64,000 nucleotides of DNA from assembly GCA_965213705.1 (NCBI GenBank), contig OZ243913.1, positions 4,064,001 through 4,128,000 of the forward strand, in the 5' to 3' direction. Of this stretch, positions 1-10,960 are shown piece after piece. This stretch comes from Trueperaceae bacterium. GTDB lineage: Bacteria > Deinococcota > Deinococci > Deinococcales > Trueperaceae. The position numbers and the translations under genes are program-made. The notes beneath the pieces are model-generated. The model was not told where the DNA came from. It made no database searches and was given only the letters and a program-made list of their open reading frames with translations. Each line of letters begins with the position of its first letter. Position 1 is the stretch's first letter.

Positions 1-8
1 CGCGGATT

Positions 9-278
9 GTGCTGCAAGAAGAGTTGTTGCGCATCTGGGAGGCGCACCGCAAGACGGTCGTCTACATCACCCACAGCATCGACGAGGCGATTTTGCTCGG
101 TGACCGCGTCGTCATCATGACGGCGCACCCCGGCACCCTCAAAACAGTTTTCGACGTGCCGATTCCCCGCCCGCGCACGGTGCAGACGACGAGCACGCCG
201 GAATTCGCCCGGCTTTCGGGCGCGATTTGGGAAGCGTTGCAAGACGAGGTGCGGCGCGCGATGGAAGCGCAACTGTGA
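9..278 (+). CDS. ABC transporter ATP-binding subunit (nitrate/sulfonate/taurine type), C-terminal part; gene begins before the window
   Basis: H-loop 'VYITHSIDEAILLGDRVVIM' and the SsuB/TauB-type tail 'VPIPRPR'. Confidence 0.85.
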   Translation: MLQEELLRIWEAHRKTVVYITHSIDEAILLGDRVVIMTAHPGTLKTVFDVPIPRPRTVQTTSTPEFARLSGAIWEALQDEVRRAMEAQL

Positions 279-384
279 AGGTGTGTCCAACCCCGACAAA
301 TCCGGAAGGGTAAACGCGGGCAGTTGTCGGCCGCCGTCCCAAGGCTGTCCGAATCGCCCTGGACAAACCGTCGACGATAAGCTA

Positions 385-417
385 TACTCATTACCCACCC
401 CCCCTGGGGTGAGAGTA
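385..417 (+). promoter_or_regulatory. CsoR-type operator upstream of copZ
   Basis: TACCCACCCCCCCTGGGGTGAGAGTA, a C-tract/G-tract pseudo-palindrome typical of CsoR operators, just upstream of the copZ RBS. Confidence 0.7.
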
Positions 418-430
418 AAAAGGAGAACCG

Positions 431-631
431 ATGAAACAGCTCAACATCGCCGGTATGACCTGCGGTCACTGTCAAAGCGCCGTCAAGAACGCCCTCGAGT
501 CCGTCGCAGGCGTCCGAAAAGCCGAAGTCGACTTGGCGAGCGGCGTCGCCCGCGTCGAAGGTGACGCCGACGTGAACAAGCTCGTTGCCGCCGTCGAAGA
601 AGAGGGCTACGGCGCGGCCCCCGCCGCCTAG
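431..631 (+). CDS. copZ: Copper chaperone (HMA domain)
   Basis: GMTCGHC motif, 66 aa, AAGGAG RBS. Confidence 0.92.
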   Translation: MKQLNIAGMTCGHCQSAVKNALESVAGVRKAEVDLASGVARVEGDADVNKLVAAVEEEGYGAAPAA

Positions 632-633
632 CC

Positions 634-972
634 GTGCCCGAAGCGGCAGAGAACTCAACCGAAGCGGCGCGAGCCCGCATCCTGACCCACACGGACTGTT
701 TACGCCTGGACCCCGCGACGCGCCAGGACACCTCGCGCCGTTTGAAGAGCGCCAAGGGCCATCTCGAGGGCGTGTTGCGGATGCTGGAGGACCCCGACGT
801 TTACTGCGTCGACATCCTCAAGCAAATCAAGGCAGTGCAGGGCGCGCTGTCCAAAATCAACGAAGGCGTGCTGCGCAGCCACATCCGCGACCACGTGACG
901 ACGGCGGCGCAGCGCGGCGACACCGAGCACGTCGTTGACGAACTCATGGAGGCCCTGAAGTACCGGGCCTGA
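634..972 (+). CDS. csoR: Copper-sensing transcriptional repressor CsoR
   Basis: 'RRLKSAKGHLEGVLRMLE...YCVDILKQIKAVQGAL...HIRDHV' CsoR/RcnR signature; copper operon context. Confidence 0.9.
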   Translation: MPEAAENSTEAARARILTHTDCLRLDPATRQDTSRRLKSAKGHLEGVLRMLEDPDVYCVDILKQIKAVQGALSKINEGVLRSHIRDHVTTAAQRGDTEHVVDELMEALKYRA

Positions 973-1090
973 CGCGGCCCGGTGTCGGGGTTGACCTCCG
1001 GTTGAAACCGACCTGAGCAACCGACCCGAACGGCGGGCTCGAGGACGCGGCGAAGCGAACGTTGGGTCTCACAAGCAAAGAAGGTGAGTA

Positions 1091-3613
1091 GTGTTGGAAG
1101 CGCAACTGAAAACCGTCCAACTCGGCGTGCAGGGCATGACCTGCGCGAGCTGTGTGGCGCGGGTCGAGCGGGGGCTGGGCAAGCTCGACGGCGTTGTCGA
1201 GGCGAGCGTCAACTTAGCGACCGAAAAGGCCCGCGTCGTGTTCGACCCCGCCCGAACCGACACCACCGCGCTTCTCGGCGCGGTCGAAAAAGTGGGCTAC
1301 CAGCCCCTGACCGCCGAAACGAGCTTCGGCGTGACTGGCATGACCTGTGCCAACTGCTCGTCGCGCGTCGAGCGTAAACTGGGTAAAACCGAAGGCGTCT
1401 TGGACGCCACGGTCAACTTGGCGACCGAGCGCGCCACGGTGCGCTACCTGCCCGACGTGGTGAGCCTGCAGGCACTCCACAAGGTCGTTGCAGACACGGG
1501 TTACGGCGTGCTCAAGGACGAGGTCGGCAAAGACCGCGGCGACGCCGAGCGCGAAGCGCGCGAATCTGAACGCGCCACCCTGAAACGCGACCTCACCGTG
1601 GCGGTCGTTTTTGCCGCGCCGCTGATTTTGCTCGTGATGCTGCCGATGTTTTTCCCGGTGCTGGAAGCGCAACTGATGCGCCTCATCCCGATGCAAACTC
1701 TCTTTTACCTCTCGTTCGTTCTCGCCAGCGTGGTGCAGTTCGGTCCGGGCCTGCGCTTTTACCGGCCCGGCTGGAAAAGTCTGCGCCACGGCAGCCCCGA
1801 CATGAACAGCCTGGTGATGATAGGCACTTCGGCGGCCTACGGTTACTCGCTGGTGGCGACCTTCGTGCCGCAACTCCTGCCCGCGGGCACCGTCCACGTG
1901 TACTTCGAAGCGTCGGCGGCCATCATCACGCTGATTTTGGTCGGCAAGTACTTCGAGGCCGTCGCCAAGGGCCGCACGAGTGAGGCCATCAAAAAGCTCG
2001 TCAAGCTGCAACCCAAAACGGCTCGAGTGGTGCGCGACGGGCAAGAACTCGAGCTGCCCACGGGTGAGGTCGTCCCCGGCGACACCGTTTCGGTGCGGCC
2101 CGGCGAAAAGATTCCGGTGGACGGCCGCGTCGTCTCGGGCTCGTCCTACGTCGACGCCTCGATGATTACCGGCGAGAGCGTGCCCGTCCAAAAAAGTGAG
2201 GGCGACGAGGTCGTCGGCGGCACCATCAACAAGACCGGCGCGTTCCGCTTTACCGCGACCAAGGTCGGCGCGGACACGGTGCTGGCCCAAATCGTCAAAA
2301 TGGTCGAAGAGGCGCAGGGCTCCAAACCGCGCATTCAAGCCCTGGCCGACAAGGTCGTGAGCGTGTTCGTGCCCGTGGTGATGGGCGTCGCGACAGTTAC
2401 CTTTTTGCTGTGGCTGTTCTTAGGCCCCGACCCCGCGCTGACCTTTGCGCTGGTCAACACCGTGGCGGTGCTGATTATCGCCTGTCCCTGCGCGATGGGC
2501 TTAGCCACGCCGACGAGCATCATGGTCGGGACCGGCAAGGCCGCCGAGCTGGGTGTGCTGTTCAAAAAGGGCGACGCGCTCCAGACCCTGCAAGAGGCGC
2601 GAACTGTCGCCCTCGACAAAACCGGTACTTTAACCAAGGGCAAGCCCGAACTTACCGACTTCGTCGTCGCGAACGGGCTCGAGCGCGCCGAGGTGCTGCG
2701 CCTGGTGGCCTCGGTCGAACGCGACTCCGAGCACCCCATCGCCGAAGCCATCGTGCAAGCGGCCAAGAACGAAGGTCACACCTTGAGCGAGGCGCACGAT
2801 TTCAGCGCCACCCCCGGTTACGGCGTCGAGGCCGTGTCGGAGGGTCAAACCGTGCAGGTCGGGGCCGACCGTTACATGAGCAAGCTCGGTCTGGACGTGT
2901 CGCCCTTCGCGGACGCCGCAGCCCGCTTGGCGGACGAGGGGAAAAGCCCGCTTTATGCGGCAGTTAACGGCAAGTTGGCGGCGGTCATCGCGGTGGCCGA
3001 CCCCATTAAAGCCTCATCCCCGGCGGCAATCGCCAAGCTCCACGACCTGGGCTTTCGGGTCGCCATGATTACCGGCGACAACCGCCGCACCGCCCGGGCC
3101 ATCGCCGCCCAACTCGGCATCGACGAGGTGCTGGCCGAGGTCTTGCCCGACGGCAAGGTGGACGCGGTCAAAAAGTTGCAGGGTGAGGGGCGCAAGGTCG
3201 CCTTCGTCGGCGACGGCGTCAACGACGCGCCCGCGCTGGCGCAGGCCGACATCGGCCTCGCCATCGGCACCGGCACCGACATCGCCATCGAGTCGGCAGA
3301 CGTGATTCTCATGTCGGGTGACCTGCGCGGAATTCCCAACGCGGTCGCGCTGTCCAAGGCGACCCTGAACAACATCAAGCAAAACCTGTTTTGGGCGTTC
3401 GTGTACAACGTCGTCCTCATTCCGGTGGCGGCGGGCGCGCTCTACCCGGTGTTCGGCGTCCTACTCTCACCGATTTTGGCGGCGGCGGCGATGGGTTTGT
3501 CGAGCATCTTCGTCCTGACCAACGCGCTGCGGTTGCGCGGTTTCAAGCCGCCCATGCAAGCCGAGGTGCCCGCGCCCCAACCCAAAGCCGCGCTCGCGCC
3601 GGCGCAGACTTGA
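1091..3613 (+). CDS. copA: Cu(I)-translocating P1B-type ATPase
   Basis: Two GMTCxxC HMA domains, [24 protein letters not shown] and MxxSS motifs. Confidence 0.96.
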   Translation: MLEAQLKTVQLGVQGMTCASCVARVERGLGKLDGVVEASVNLATEKARVVFDPARTDTTALLGAVEKVGYQPLTAETSFGVTGMTCANCSSRVERKLGKTEGVLDATVNLATERATVRYLPDVVSLQALHKVVADTGYGVLKDEVGKDRGDAEREARESERATLKRDLTVAVVFAAPLILLVMLPMFFPVLEAQLMRLIPMQTLFYLSFVLASVVQFGPGLRFYRPGWKSLRHGSPDMNSLVMIGTSAAYGYSLVATFVPQLLPAGTVHVYFEASAAIITLILVGKYFEAVAKGRTSEAIKKLVKLQPKTARVVRDGQELELPTGEVVPGDTVSVRPGEKIPVDGRVVSGSSYVDASMITGESVPVQKSEGDEVVGGTINKTGAFRFTATKVGADTVLAQIVKMVEEAQGSKPRIQALADKVVSVFVPVVMGVATVTFLLWLFLGPDPALTFALVNTVAVLIIACPCAMGLATPTSIMVGTGKAAELGVLFKKGDALQTLQEARTVALDKTGTLTKGKPELTDFVVANGLERAEVLRLVASVERDSEHPIAEAIVQAAKNEGHTLSEAHDFSATPGYGVEAVSEGQTVQVGADRYMSKLGLDVSPFADAAARLADEGKSPLYAAVNGKLAAVIAVADPIKASSPAAIAKLHDLGFRVAMITGDNRRTARAIAAQLGIDEVLAEVLPDGKVDAVKKLQGEGRKVAFVGDGVNDAPALAQADIGLAIGTGTDIAIESADVILMSGDLRGIPNAVALSKATLNNIKQNLFWAFVYNVVLIPVAAGALYPVFGVLLSPILAAAAMGLSSIFVLTNALRLRGFKPPMQAEVPAPQPKAALAPAQT

Positions 3614-3641
3614 AGGGGCTCACGTGAGCCCCTTCCTTTTT
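3612..3641 (+). terminator. Intrinsic terminator after copA
   Basis: GAAGGGGCTC-ACGT-GAGCCCCTTC hairpin followed by a T-run. Confidence 0.65.
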
Positions 3642-3652
3642 CGGAGTGAACC

Positions 3653-3940
3653 ATGCTCAACCCTTTCAGACGTAGGCCCAAGGTAACGCTCTACACCATC
3701 CCCGGCTGCGCCGACTGCGCGGCGGTCAAGCGCTATTTAGAGAACAAAGGCGTCGCGTTCACGGAAAAAGACGTCAGCCAAAATGCCGCCTGGGTTGACG
3801 AGATGAAGCGCGTCTCGGGCGTGCGCGTCGCGCCGGTCACCGTCGTCGGGGACGCGTCGTTTTACGGCACGTTTGACAAGCAGAAAGAGGGCCTCGAGCA
3901 AGCCCTCACGCCGCACACAGAAAAAAGTCGGCAACCGTGA
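3653..3940 (+). CDS. Glutaredoxin/NrdH-like protein
   Basis: 'YTIPGCADC' CxxC and 'VAPVTVVG' cis-Pro loop. Confidence 0.85.
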   Translation: MLNPFRRRPKVTLYTIPGCADCAAVKRYLENKGVAFTEKDVSQNAAWVDEMKRVSGVRVAPVTVVGDASFYGTFDKQKEGLEQALTPHTEKSRQP

Positions 3941-4215
3941 CCTTGTCAACCTCGCTTCTGAGCTTACGTTCTCTCACTGTTTTCGGCGCGACCTTTTTGT
4001 GTCGAGCAGGGTGGGTATACGTTTTTGAACCATCAAAAAACTTATGAGGTTCGCTCGTCCGTTCGCGCCGCTCGGGCTTGGACTGGTCTTGGCGCTGGCT
4101 ACTATCCTCTTTGCAACTGTAAAGCCTGACAACCCCGTCGGCACCGTCCAACCCTTTTATCCCTACACCCACCGTCAGCTTTGTGAGGTTACCTTCTCGT
4201 GGCGTCCCTCCCGCC

Positions 4216-6405
4216 TCAGCGCAAGAACGCCTCCTGCAGCCCCCCGTCCACACTCAAAATCTGCCCCGTCGTCTTGCCGAGCTTGTTGCTGGCGAGGAGG
4301 TAGGCGGCCTCGGCTTGGTCGGCCAGCGTGATAGGCGTTTTGGTCAGCGTGCGTTGCGCGTAAAATTCGGCGAGCTTGTCGCGCAACGTTTCGGTGTCCT
4401 CGCTGTCAGAAAAGTCGATGCCGTACTTGCTGAGCGAACTGACGACGCGGTCGCGCGAAAACATGCCGCTGCCCTCGACCACCGTCGCCGGGGCGAGGCC
4501 GTTGACGCGGACCAAGGGGGCAAGCGTAACGGCCAACTCCCGGACGAGGTGGTTCGCCGCCGCCTTGCTCGTGTCGTAAGCGAGCGAGCCCTTCTTGGAC
4601 ACCGCACCGTTCACGCTCGTCGTCAGCACGAGGCTGCCCTTGAGAGCCTGCGCCGCCCAAACCCGCCACGCTTCGTCCGCCACGAGGTAGCCGCCGGTCA
4701 CGTTGATGTCGAAGGTCAAGCCCCATTTGTCGTCGGGGATATGCCCGTCCGCGTCGGGCGACACGAAAATTCCGGCGGTGACGACAACGCTGTCTATTCC
4801 GCCGTAAGCGAGCACGGTTTGGGCAAACAGTTCACGCACGCTGTCGCGCTTGGTGATGTCGACCTCGAGCCCCACGGCCGGGCCGCAGTTTGAAATACCC
4901 GTTCCGGCCACGCCGATGCCGACGCCGTAAAGGGCGGTCAACGCCTCAGCCGTCTCCTTAGCCGCTGCGAGGTTTAGGTCGGCGCAAACGACGTGCGCCC
5001 CTTCCGCCGCCAGCCGCAGCGCCGTCGCCTTGCCGATGCCGCTGCCCGCGCCGACGACCACGACCACACTGCGGGCGAACTCTTTTTCCGGCGGCATCCG
5101 TTTCAGCTTGGCTTCTTCGAGCTGCCAATACTCGATGTCGAACGCTTCCTGCTGCGGCAGCGCGATGTACTCGCCGACGGCTTCCGCGCCGCGCATCACT
5201 TCTACGGCGGCGTTGTAGAACTCGGCGGTCACGCGCGACTCGCTCTTGGTTTTGCCCCAGGCAATCATGCCGACGCCGGGGATGAGGATGACGGTCGGGT
5301 TGGGGTCGCGCATGGGCGGGGAGTCGGGTTGTTTGCAGGCGTCGTAGTAGGCTCGGTAGTCCGCGCGGTACTGCTCGAGGCCGTGCTCGAGCCTACCCAA
5401 CAACGCCTCGACATCCTCTTCTTGCGGGTTCCAGTCGACAAAGAGAGGTTTGATTTTGGTCCGCAAAAAGTGGTCGGGGCAGGACGTGCCGAGTTCACTC
5501 AGGCGCGCCGCGTCCATACTGTTGACAAACCTCAAAATCCTCTCGTCACCCTGTACCGTGCCGACGAAGCGTTGGTGCTGCGAGACCATGCCGCGCAGTT
5601 TGGGCAAAACCTCGACAAACACCCTTTCCCTCTCGCCACTGCTGAGGCTTTCGTACTTTTGCCCGCCGAAGGTCGCCTCTCCCCTGTCCTGAGCCTCGAT
5701 AAACCGCGCCGCCTTTTCGATGAGTTCCAAACTCAGGTCGTAGCAAGCTTTGTCGTCGTCGGCCCAGTTGATAAGTCCGTGTTGGCCCATGACGAGACCC
5801 TTGAGAGCGGGGGCTTTCTCGACGATTTCCTCCATCACCAAGCCCAAGTCGAAACCGGGGCGCTGCCAGGCTACCCAACCGACCTTGTCGCCGTAGATGT
5901 CTTTGGTCAGCGCCGCGCCGTTTTTGCTCGCGGCCACGGCGATGACCGCGTTCGGGTGGGTGTGGTCGACGTGTTTGAAAGGGATGAACGCGTGCAGCGG
6001 CGTGTCGATGGAGCTGGCCCTCGGGTTCAGGTTGTAAACCGTGTGCGGGTACATCGCGACCATGTCGTCTTCGACCTGCGTCTTCACGCCTTTTTCTTCA
6101 GCGCCGTTGTAAACCTCTTTTAGAGCGTTCACCTTGTCCATGTACAGCGAGGCGAAGTTCTCGCGTCCGGCGGTGCGCAGGTCGCCGCCCGAGCCCTTGA
6201 CGAACATCACTTGCGTCTCTGCGCCCGTGAGCGGGTCCGCCACCGTGAGTTTGCTGCTGGTGTTGCCGCCGCCCGTGTTGGTGACGCGCTGGTCCGCACC
6301 CAGCAGGTTCGAGCGGTAGACGAGCCGTTCGACCGGGTCCAAGCTGTCAGCTTGGGCATCGTCCCACAGGTAAGTGACGTGTTTGAAGGTGTCGGGTTCA
6401 TTCAT
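4216..6405 (-). CDS. Bifunctional rhamnulose-1-phosphate aldolase / short-chain dehydrogenase (RhaEW/YuxG type)
   Basis: N-terminal class II aldolase ('GGGNTSSK', 'HVDHTHP'), C-terminal SDR (GAGSGIG, YxxxK); start placed at ATG 6405; next to rhaA. Confidence 0.92.
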   Translation of the reverse strand: MNEPDTFKHVTYLWDDAQADSLDPVERLVYRSNLLGADQRVTNTGGGNTSSKLTVADPLTGAETQVMFVKGSGGDLRTAGRENFASLYMDKVNALKEVYNGAEEKGVKTQVEDDMVAMYPHTVYNLNPRASSIDTPLHAFIPFKHVDHTHPNAVIAVAASKNGAALTKDIYGDKVGWVAWQRPGFDLGLVMEEIVEKAPALKGLVMGQHGLINWADDDKACYDLSLELIEKAARFIEAQDRGEATFGGQKYESLSSGERERVFVEVLPKLRGMVSQHQRFVGTVQGDERILRFVNSMDAARLSELGTSCPDHFLRTKIKPLFVDWNPQEEDVEALLGRLEHGLEQYRADYRAYYDACKQPDSPPMRDPNPTVILIPGVGMIAWGKTKSESRVTAEFYNAAVEVMRGAEAVGEYIALPQQEAFDIEYWQLEEAKLKRMPPEKEFARSVVVVVGAGSGIGKATALRLAAEGAHVVCADLNLAAAKETAEALTALYGVGIGVAGTGISNCGPAVGLEVDITKRDSVRELFAQTVLAYGGIDSVVVTAGIFVSPDADGHIPDDKWGLTFDINVTGGYLVADEAWRVWAAQALKGSLVLTTSVNGAVSKKGSLAYDTSKAAANHLVRELAVTLAPLVRVNGLAPATVVEGSGMFSRDRVVSSLSKYGIDFSDSEDTETLRDKLAEFYAQRTLTKTPITLADQAEAAYLLASNKLGKTTGQILSVDGGLQEAFLR

Positions 6406-6458
6406 AAATAAACTCCCTGTCGTGCTGCAAGAAGGCTCGCGTCCCCGCAAAGTCCTCT

Positions 6459-7706
6459 TCAGCGCTTTGCCAAAACTTGGGTTTCGTAGCCTTTGATTTC
6501 GTCCATAAACGCCATCCCCACGGGTGTGTTGTGAGTGTGACAGTAGTAATCCCAGACCGCCCCGAAAGGCATGGTTTTAAGCTCCTCAAAGAGCGCGAGG
6601 CGTGAGGTGTAGTCGCCCGAGGTTTCGAAGTCGCGGAGTTTTTCGGCAGGCTCGAGCAGCGCTTTCAGCAACGCTTTCAGCGTGTTGCGCGTGCCGACGG
6701 TCCAGGCCGCGACGCGGTTGATGCTGGCGTCGAAAAAGTCCAGGCCGACGTGGACGCGGTTCAAAAAGTCACCCCGCACCACCTCTTGCATGAGAGCTTG
6801 CAAGTCGTCGTTCAGGGTCACCACGTGGTCGCTGTCCCAGCGCACCCCGCGGCTCACGTGTAAGAGGATTTCGTCTAAGTACAGCAGCACGGAAGAGAGT
6901 TTGTCGCTGACGGTCTCGGTCGGGTGAAAGTGGCCGGCGTCCAAGCAGAGCAGTTTTTGACGGGTCACGGCGTAACCCAAGTAAAACTCGTGCGAGCCGA
7001 CCACGTAACTTTCCGAACCCAGTCCGAACAGTTTGGACTCGACGGCGTCCAGGTTGTGCGCAAGGTGTTCGCTGAAAACTTGGTCGAGCGAGTCTTGCAG
7101 GCGCTCTCGGGGGCTTTTGCGGTCGAAGGGCGTGTCTTTGTAGCCGTCGGGAATCCACAGGTTGGTGACGCAAGGGGTACCGAGTTCGCGGCCGAAGTAG
7201 TCGCCTACCTTGCGGCTGGCGACGCAGTGGTCTATCCAGAACTGCCGGACGGCCTCGTCACTGTGGGACAAGGTAAAGCCGTCGTCGGCCAAAGGGTGCG
7301 AAAAAAGCGTGGGGTTGAAGTCCAGGCCGTGACCCTTGGCTTTGGCCCACTCGAGCCACCCCGCAAAGTGTCGGGGCTCAATCTCGTCGCGCGCTACGGG
7401 CCGGTCGGCCTCCAGATAAATCGCGTGCAGGTTGAGGCGGTGCGTGCCGGGTATCAAGCTGTAGGCGAGGTCCAAGTCTTGGCGCAGTTCGGCGGCGGTG
7501 CGCGCCTTACCAGGATAGTTGCCCGTCGCCATGATGCCGCCGCTGAGACCGCGGCCCGGCGCTTCAAAGCCGCCCACGTCGTCGCCTTGCCAGCAGTGCA
7601 GGCTGACGGGGACGGCTGCCAGGGTTGCCAACGCCGCCCCGACATCGACACCGAGGGCGCTGTAACTATCTCGAGCTGCAGCGTAAGCCTGTCGTTCGTG
7701 ACTCAT
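6459..7706 (-). CDS. rhaA: L-rhamnose isomerase
   Basis: '[14 protein letters not shown]', '[12 protein letters not shown]', 'DAGHFHPTE', '[13 protein letters not shown]' motifs. Confidence 0.96.
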   Translation of the reverse strand: MSHERQAYAAARDSYSALGVDVGAALATLAAVPVSLHCWQGDDVGGFEAPGRGLSGGIMATGNYPGKARTAAELRQDLDLAYSLIPGTHRLNLHAIYLEADRPVARDEIEPRHFAGWLEWAKAKGHGLDFNPTLFSHPLADDGFTLSHSDEAVRQFWIDHCVASRKVGDYFGRELGTPCVTNLWIPDGYKDTPFDRKSPRERLQDSLDQVFSEHLAHNLDAVESKLFGLGSESYVVGSHEFYLGYAVTRQKLLCLDAGHFHPTETVSDKLSSVLLYLDEILLHVSRGVRWDSDHVVTLNDDLQALMQEVVRGDFLNRVHVGLDFFDASINRVAAWTVGTRNTLKALLKALLEPAEKLRDFETSGDYTSRLALFEELKTMPFGAVWDYYCHTHNTPVGMAFMDEIKGYETQVLAKR

Positions 7707-7995
7707 TCGCTCTTTTGGTCCTTTCTGAACTCCGGGTACTGCTCTGGGTACTGCGGTCCCGCTCGGCAGATGAACCAGACAACGGTGGGTTTAGGTTAAC
7801 TTTTCCGTGGCGGCACTTGCCAGGTTTGCCATAAATTTACGGCGACGTTCTCAAAGAGGTGTAGAAAAATGTAGGGTGGGCAGGCTGGTTTATCTTGACC
7901 GTTTCTCTCAAAACAGGAGTTGCCAAAACAGGGCAGAAACGGGGTGGGAAAACCTTGGCAATCGGCCCCGAAGTGCGGATTTTTTCAACCCGGCA

Positions 7996-8040
7996 CAAAA
8001 AAGAACACCGTCCCGGTTTTCAGTGTCTAGGACGGTGTTT
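7996..8040 (-). terminator. Terminator downstream of the tRNA 3' fragment
   Basis: AACACCGTCC...GGACGGTGTT inverted repeat followed by a T-run on the minus strand. Confidence 0.65.
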
Positions 8041-8043
8041 CGT

Positions 8044-8089
8044 TGGTGGGCCCTGGGGGACTTGAACCCACGACCAATCGATTATGAGT
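8044..8089 (-). mobile_element. 3' half of a tRNA with CAT anticodon (Ile2/Met); probable att-site relic
   Basis: Minus strand reads ACTCATAATCGATTGGTCGTGGGTTCAAGTCCCCCAGGGCCCACCA (anticodon loop, T-loop, acceptor, CCA); no D-arm or 5' acceptor strand upstream. Confidence 0.8.
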
Positions 8090-8397
8090 AGAGGCGCAGT
8101 CCTTCTCTAAAGCGGTCGTGGTGTCAGAAAAGTCGTTCTATACAGCTTTTTAATTCTGCTTTGAAGTGGAAAATTTCGTCTATGGTCATTTTTTCTCGTT
8201 CGCTAAGAGGTATTTAGTGGGTATTTTCTATGTCAACACACCAACCTTTTTGCTGTGACCAAAAAAGTTTAGGTCGTTGGAGTAGTCCCCGTTGCTTGAC
8301 GATGGCGTCGCCGCAGAGACAAGCTTCAAGCTGCGGTTTTCGGTAGAGCTAAAGATTTACCCTCTTGCGACGCTCGCTCCATCACCCAAGTTCGCTT

Positions 8398-10173
8398 TCA
8401 CGCCGCCACTGCCTCCCCCACTACAGGCTCCTCCCTGAACTGCCGCTCATAAAGCTCTCGGTAAAGCCCGGCTTGCTCGAGCAGCGCCTCATGCGTGCCC
8501 GTTTGGACGATGCGCCCATCATCCATCACCACGATGCGGTCGGCGTTCTGCACGGTCGAAAGCCGGTGGGCAATGACAACCGTCGTCCTCTCTTGCATGA
8601 GTTTTTCCAAAGCGTCTTGCACTACGGCTTCGGATTCGTTGTCGAGGGCCGAAGTCGCCTCGTCGAGAATCAGCACTCGAGGGTTTTTGAGCAGGGCGCG
8701 AGCAATCGCGATGCGTTGCCGCTGCCCGCCCGACACCTGCATCCCGCGCTCGCCGACGACGGTGTTATAAGCACCAGGAAAAGCGCTGATGAAGTCGTGG
8801 GCGTTGGCCGCCTTGGCCGCTGCAACAACCTCGTCATCCGTTGCCTCGGGCTTGCCGAAGCGGATGTTCTCTCTCACTGAGCCGGAAAAGAGCTGCGTTT
8901 CTTGCGGCACAGCCGCCATGTGGTCGCGCAGGTCTTCCAAGCGTTGGTCTTTGAGGTCGACGCCCTCGAGTCGAATTGTTCCAGCCGTCGGGTCGTAAAA
9001 ACGCGGGATGAGACTCACCAAGGTGGTTTTGCCCGCCCCGCTCGGGCCGACCAGGGCGACGGTTTCGCCAGGCTGCACCTCGAGGGTGATGTTTTTCAGC
9101 ACGTCCGCATCGCGTTGGTCGTAGCGAAAGCTCACGTTCTCGAAACTCAGCTTGCCGCGCACGTCCTTGAGCACCACGGGTTTTGCGGGCTCGGGCAGGT
9201 CGCTCACCTCGTCCAACAGGTCGAAAATCCGCTTCGACGCGCCGAGCGCTTCTTGAAACTGACTGTAGAGCCCGGTGAAAGTGCCGATGGCTCCGGCAAC
9301 CGTGAATGTGTACAGCAGAAAGCTGACCAGGTCGCCGCCCGTCAAACTGCCGCCTAGAACCAAACGCCCGCCGTACCAGAGCACGAGGCTGATGGCGCTG
9401 AACATGGCAAGGGTCACTGAGGGGATGAAAAAGGCACGCAGCCGGGCTCTTCGTAGGGCGACTTGGAACGAGTCTTGCACCAGACCCACATAGCGCGCGA
9501 TTTGCTCGCCCTGCGCGTTGAACCACTGCACCACCCGCACCGCGGCGATGGTCTCCTCGGCGGAGGCGTTGGCGTCGGCGATGCGGTCTTGAAACTCGGT
9601 TGAGACGCGCCGCAAGCGCCCGCCGAAAAAGGTCGCCGCCAGGATGATGACGGGCACGACCGACAACACGATAAGCGACAAGCGCGGGCTCAAACTCACC
9701 AGCAGCGCCACGCCGCCTATCAAAGTAATTGTTTGGCTGACGAGTTGGGCCAGGGCTTGCGAGACGGTGTTCTGCACGACCGTCACGTCGGAGGTGAGCC
9801 GTGAGGTGATTTCGCCCGTCTTGCGGCTGTCGAAAAACTTCACCGGCAGGTTGATCAGGTGGGTGTAGAGCTTGGCCCGCAAGTCCGCCACCACGCCCTC
9901 GCCGATGTAGGCGAGCAGGTAGGTTCTGAAAAAGTCGAACACCGCCTGTACCAAAAACACTCCAAAGAGGATGAGGGCGATGCGGTCGAGCGTGCTCGTG
10001 TTGCCGCCAACCGTGCCGAAGGCAGTATCGACCAGGTCACCGACGACCGCCGGAAACACCAGGCCGAGGCCGCTGGCGATGACGACGGCGACGAGCGCGA
10101 CGACGAGTTGCCAGGTGTAGGGCTTTACAAAGGCGAGCAGTCTGAGAAGCTGATTGCCTTTAGCCGGTTTCAT
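8398..10173 (-). CDS. ABC transporter, fused permease/ATPase (MsbA-like exporter)
   Basis: 6-TM N-terminus; GPSGAGKT, VSGGQRQR, ILDEATSALD. Confidence 0.92.
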   Translation of the reverse strand: MKPAKGNQLLRLLAFVKPYTWQLVVALVAVVIASGLGLVFPAVVGDLVDTAFGTVGGNTSTLDRIALILFGVFLVQAVFDFFRTYLLAYIGEGVVADLRAKLYTHLINLPVKFFDSRKTGEITSRLTSDVTVVQNTVSQALAQLVSQTITLIGGVALLVSLSPRLSLIVLSVVPVIILAATFFGGRLRRVSTEFQDRIADANASAEETIAAVRVVQWFNAQGEQIARYVGLVQDSFQVALRRARLRAFFIPSVTLAMFSAISLVLWYGGRLVLGGSLTGGDLVSFLLYTFTVAGAIGTFTGLYSQFQEALGASKRIFDLLDEVSDLPEPAKPVVLKDVRGKLSFENVSFRYDQRDADVLKNITLEVQPGETVALVGPSGAGKTTLVSLIPRFYDPTAGTIRLEGVDLKDQRLEDLRDHMAAVPQETQLFSGSVRENIRFGKPEATDDEVVAAAKAANAHDFISAFPGAYNTVVGERGMQVSGGQRQRIAIARALLKNPRVLILDEATSALDNESEAVVQDALEKLMQERTTVVIAHRLSTVQNADRIVVMDDGRIVQTGTHEALLEQAGLYRELYERQFREEPVVGEAVAA

Positions 10174-10360
10174 ACGGCACCCTTACCCTTTCCGGTTGAA
10201 CGAAAGACGACAAGGTGAACGCGAAGAAACCTGTGGCTAAAAGCAGCAGGCTCGAGCCCACCCCAGTTACGCCCAGCGTGTTGAGGACGAGCACCGCGAC
10301 GCTCATGGCGAACGCCACGGCGCGCAGGGTGAGGTAGGTGAATACAGGGTTGAAGTTCAT
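10160..10360 (-). CDS. Small 2-TM membrane protein
   Basis: ATG 10360 with AAGGA RBS; two hydrophobic segments; coupled to the ABC gene. Confidence 0.6.
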   Translation of the reverse strand: MNFNPVFTYLTLRAVAFAMSVAVLVLNTLGVTGVGSSLLLLATGFFAFTLSSFVQPERVRVPYETG

Positions 10361-10367
10361 AACGTCC

Positions 10368-10904
10368 TTAAAGCGTCGCAGGCCGGCTGTAGGCCTTCGG
10401 CGCACGCCGCGCCCGCAACGACGAAAAGAGTGGCACTGCACCCACGAACAGGGCGTACACGCCGACGAACCAAACATAGAAAAACGCGCTTGCACCCATA
10501 ACGAGGAGCGACACCCCCACGCCGATGGACACGCCGTAAAGGAGCAGGGGCAGCGGTGCGTTTCTGACCTCGGGGCGAACGACCTGGGTAAGTGCGCCTA
10601 TCAAACCCCAGGCCGCCAACAGGCTGACCAGCAGGAGAGCGCTCGTACCCGGCTCGACGAAAACGAACAACCCCACGCCCACACTCAGCACGCCTTCCGC
10701 CAGGGTCAACCACCAGCGGGGCCGCTCCCGGTTGGAGAGGGACAAGAGGGTAGCGACCGCTCCCCAGGCGAGGAGCACGCCGCCGAACGCGAGGACGACC
10801 GAACTCAGGGTGGGGGTTTGCCACACGAGCAGCAACACGCCGAACAGGGCGATGAGCGCCCCGCGCAGGGCGGAACTGGGCAGACGAGCGAAAAAGCTTT
10901 TCAC
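10368..10904 (-). CDS. HdeD/DUF308-family membrane protein
   Basis: GTG start with GGAGG RBS; 'LRGALIALFGVLLLVW' DUF308 repeat; paralog of the upstream gene. Confidence 0.75.
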   Translation of the reverse strand: MKSFFARLPSSALRGALIALFGVLLLVWQTPTLSSVVLAFGGVLLAWGAVATLLSLSNRERPRWWLTLAEGVLSVGVGLFVFVEPGTSALLLVSLLAAWGLIGALTQVVRPEVRNAPLPLLLYGVSIGVGVSLLVMGASAFFYVWFVGVYALFVGAVPLFSSLRARRAPKAYSRPATL

Positions 10905-10960
10905 AACGACCTCCAAAAGAAGCGCCGGGGTGTGCCCGGCACTGGGAAAAGGGTTTGGGT

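Noticed and set aside
288..993. 11-bp inverted repeat (CAACCCCGACA at 288, complement at 983) flanking copZ-csoR
   Set aside because: Too short, with no transposase or target duplication; may be chance or a small REP-like element.
4044..4331. ORF with a hydrophobic N-terminus between glutaredoxin and the aldolase
   Set aside because: No RBS, runs antisense into the aldolase gene and has no recognisable family; at most a truncated remnant.
8044..8120. Intact tRNA gene
   Set aside because: The D-arm and 5' acceptor strand are missing; only the 3' half is present.
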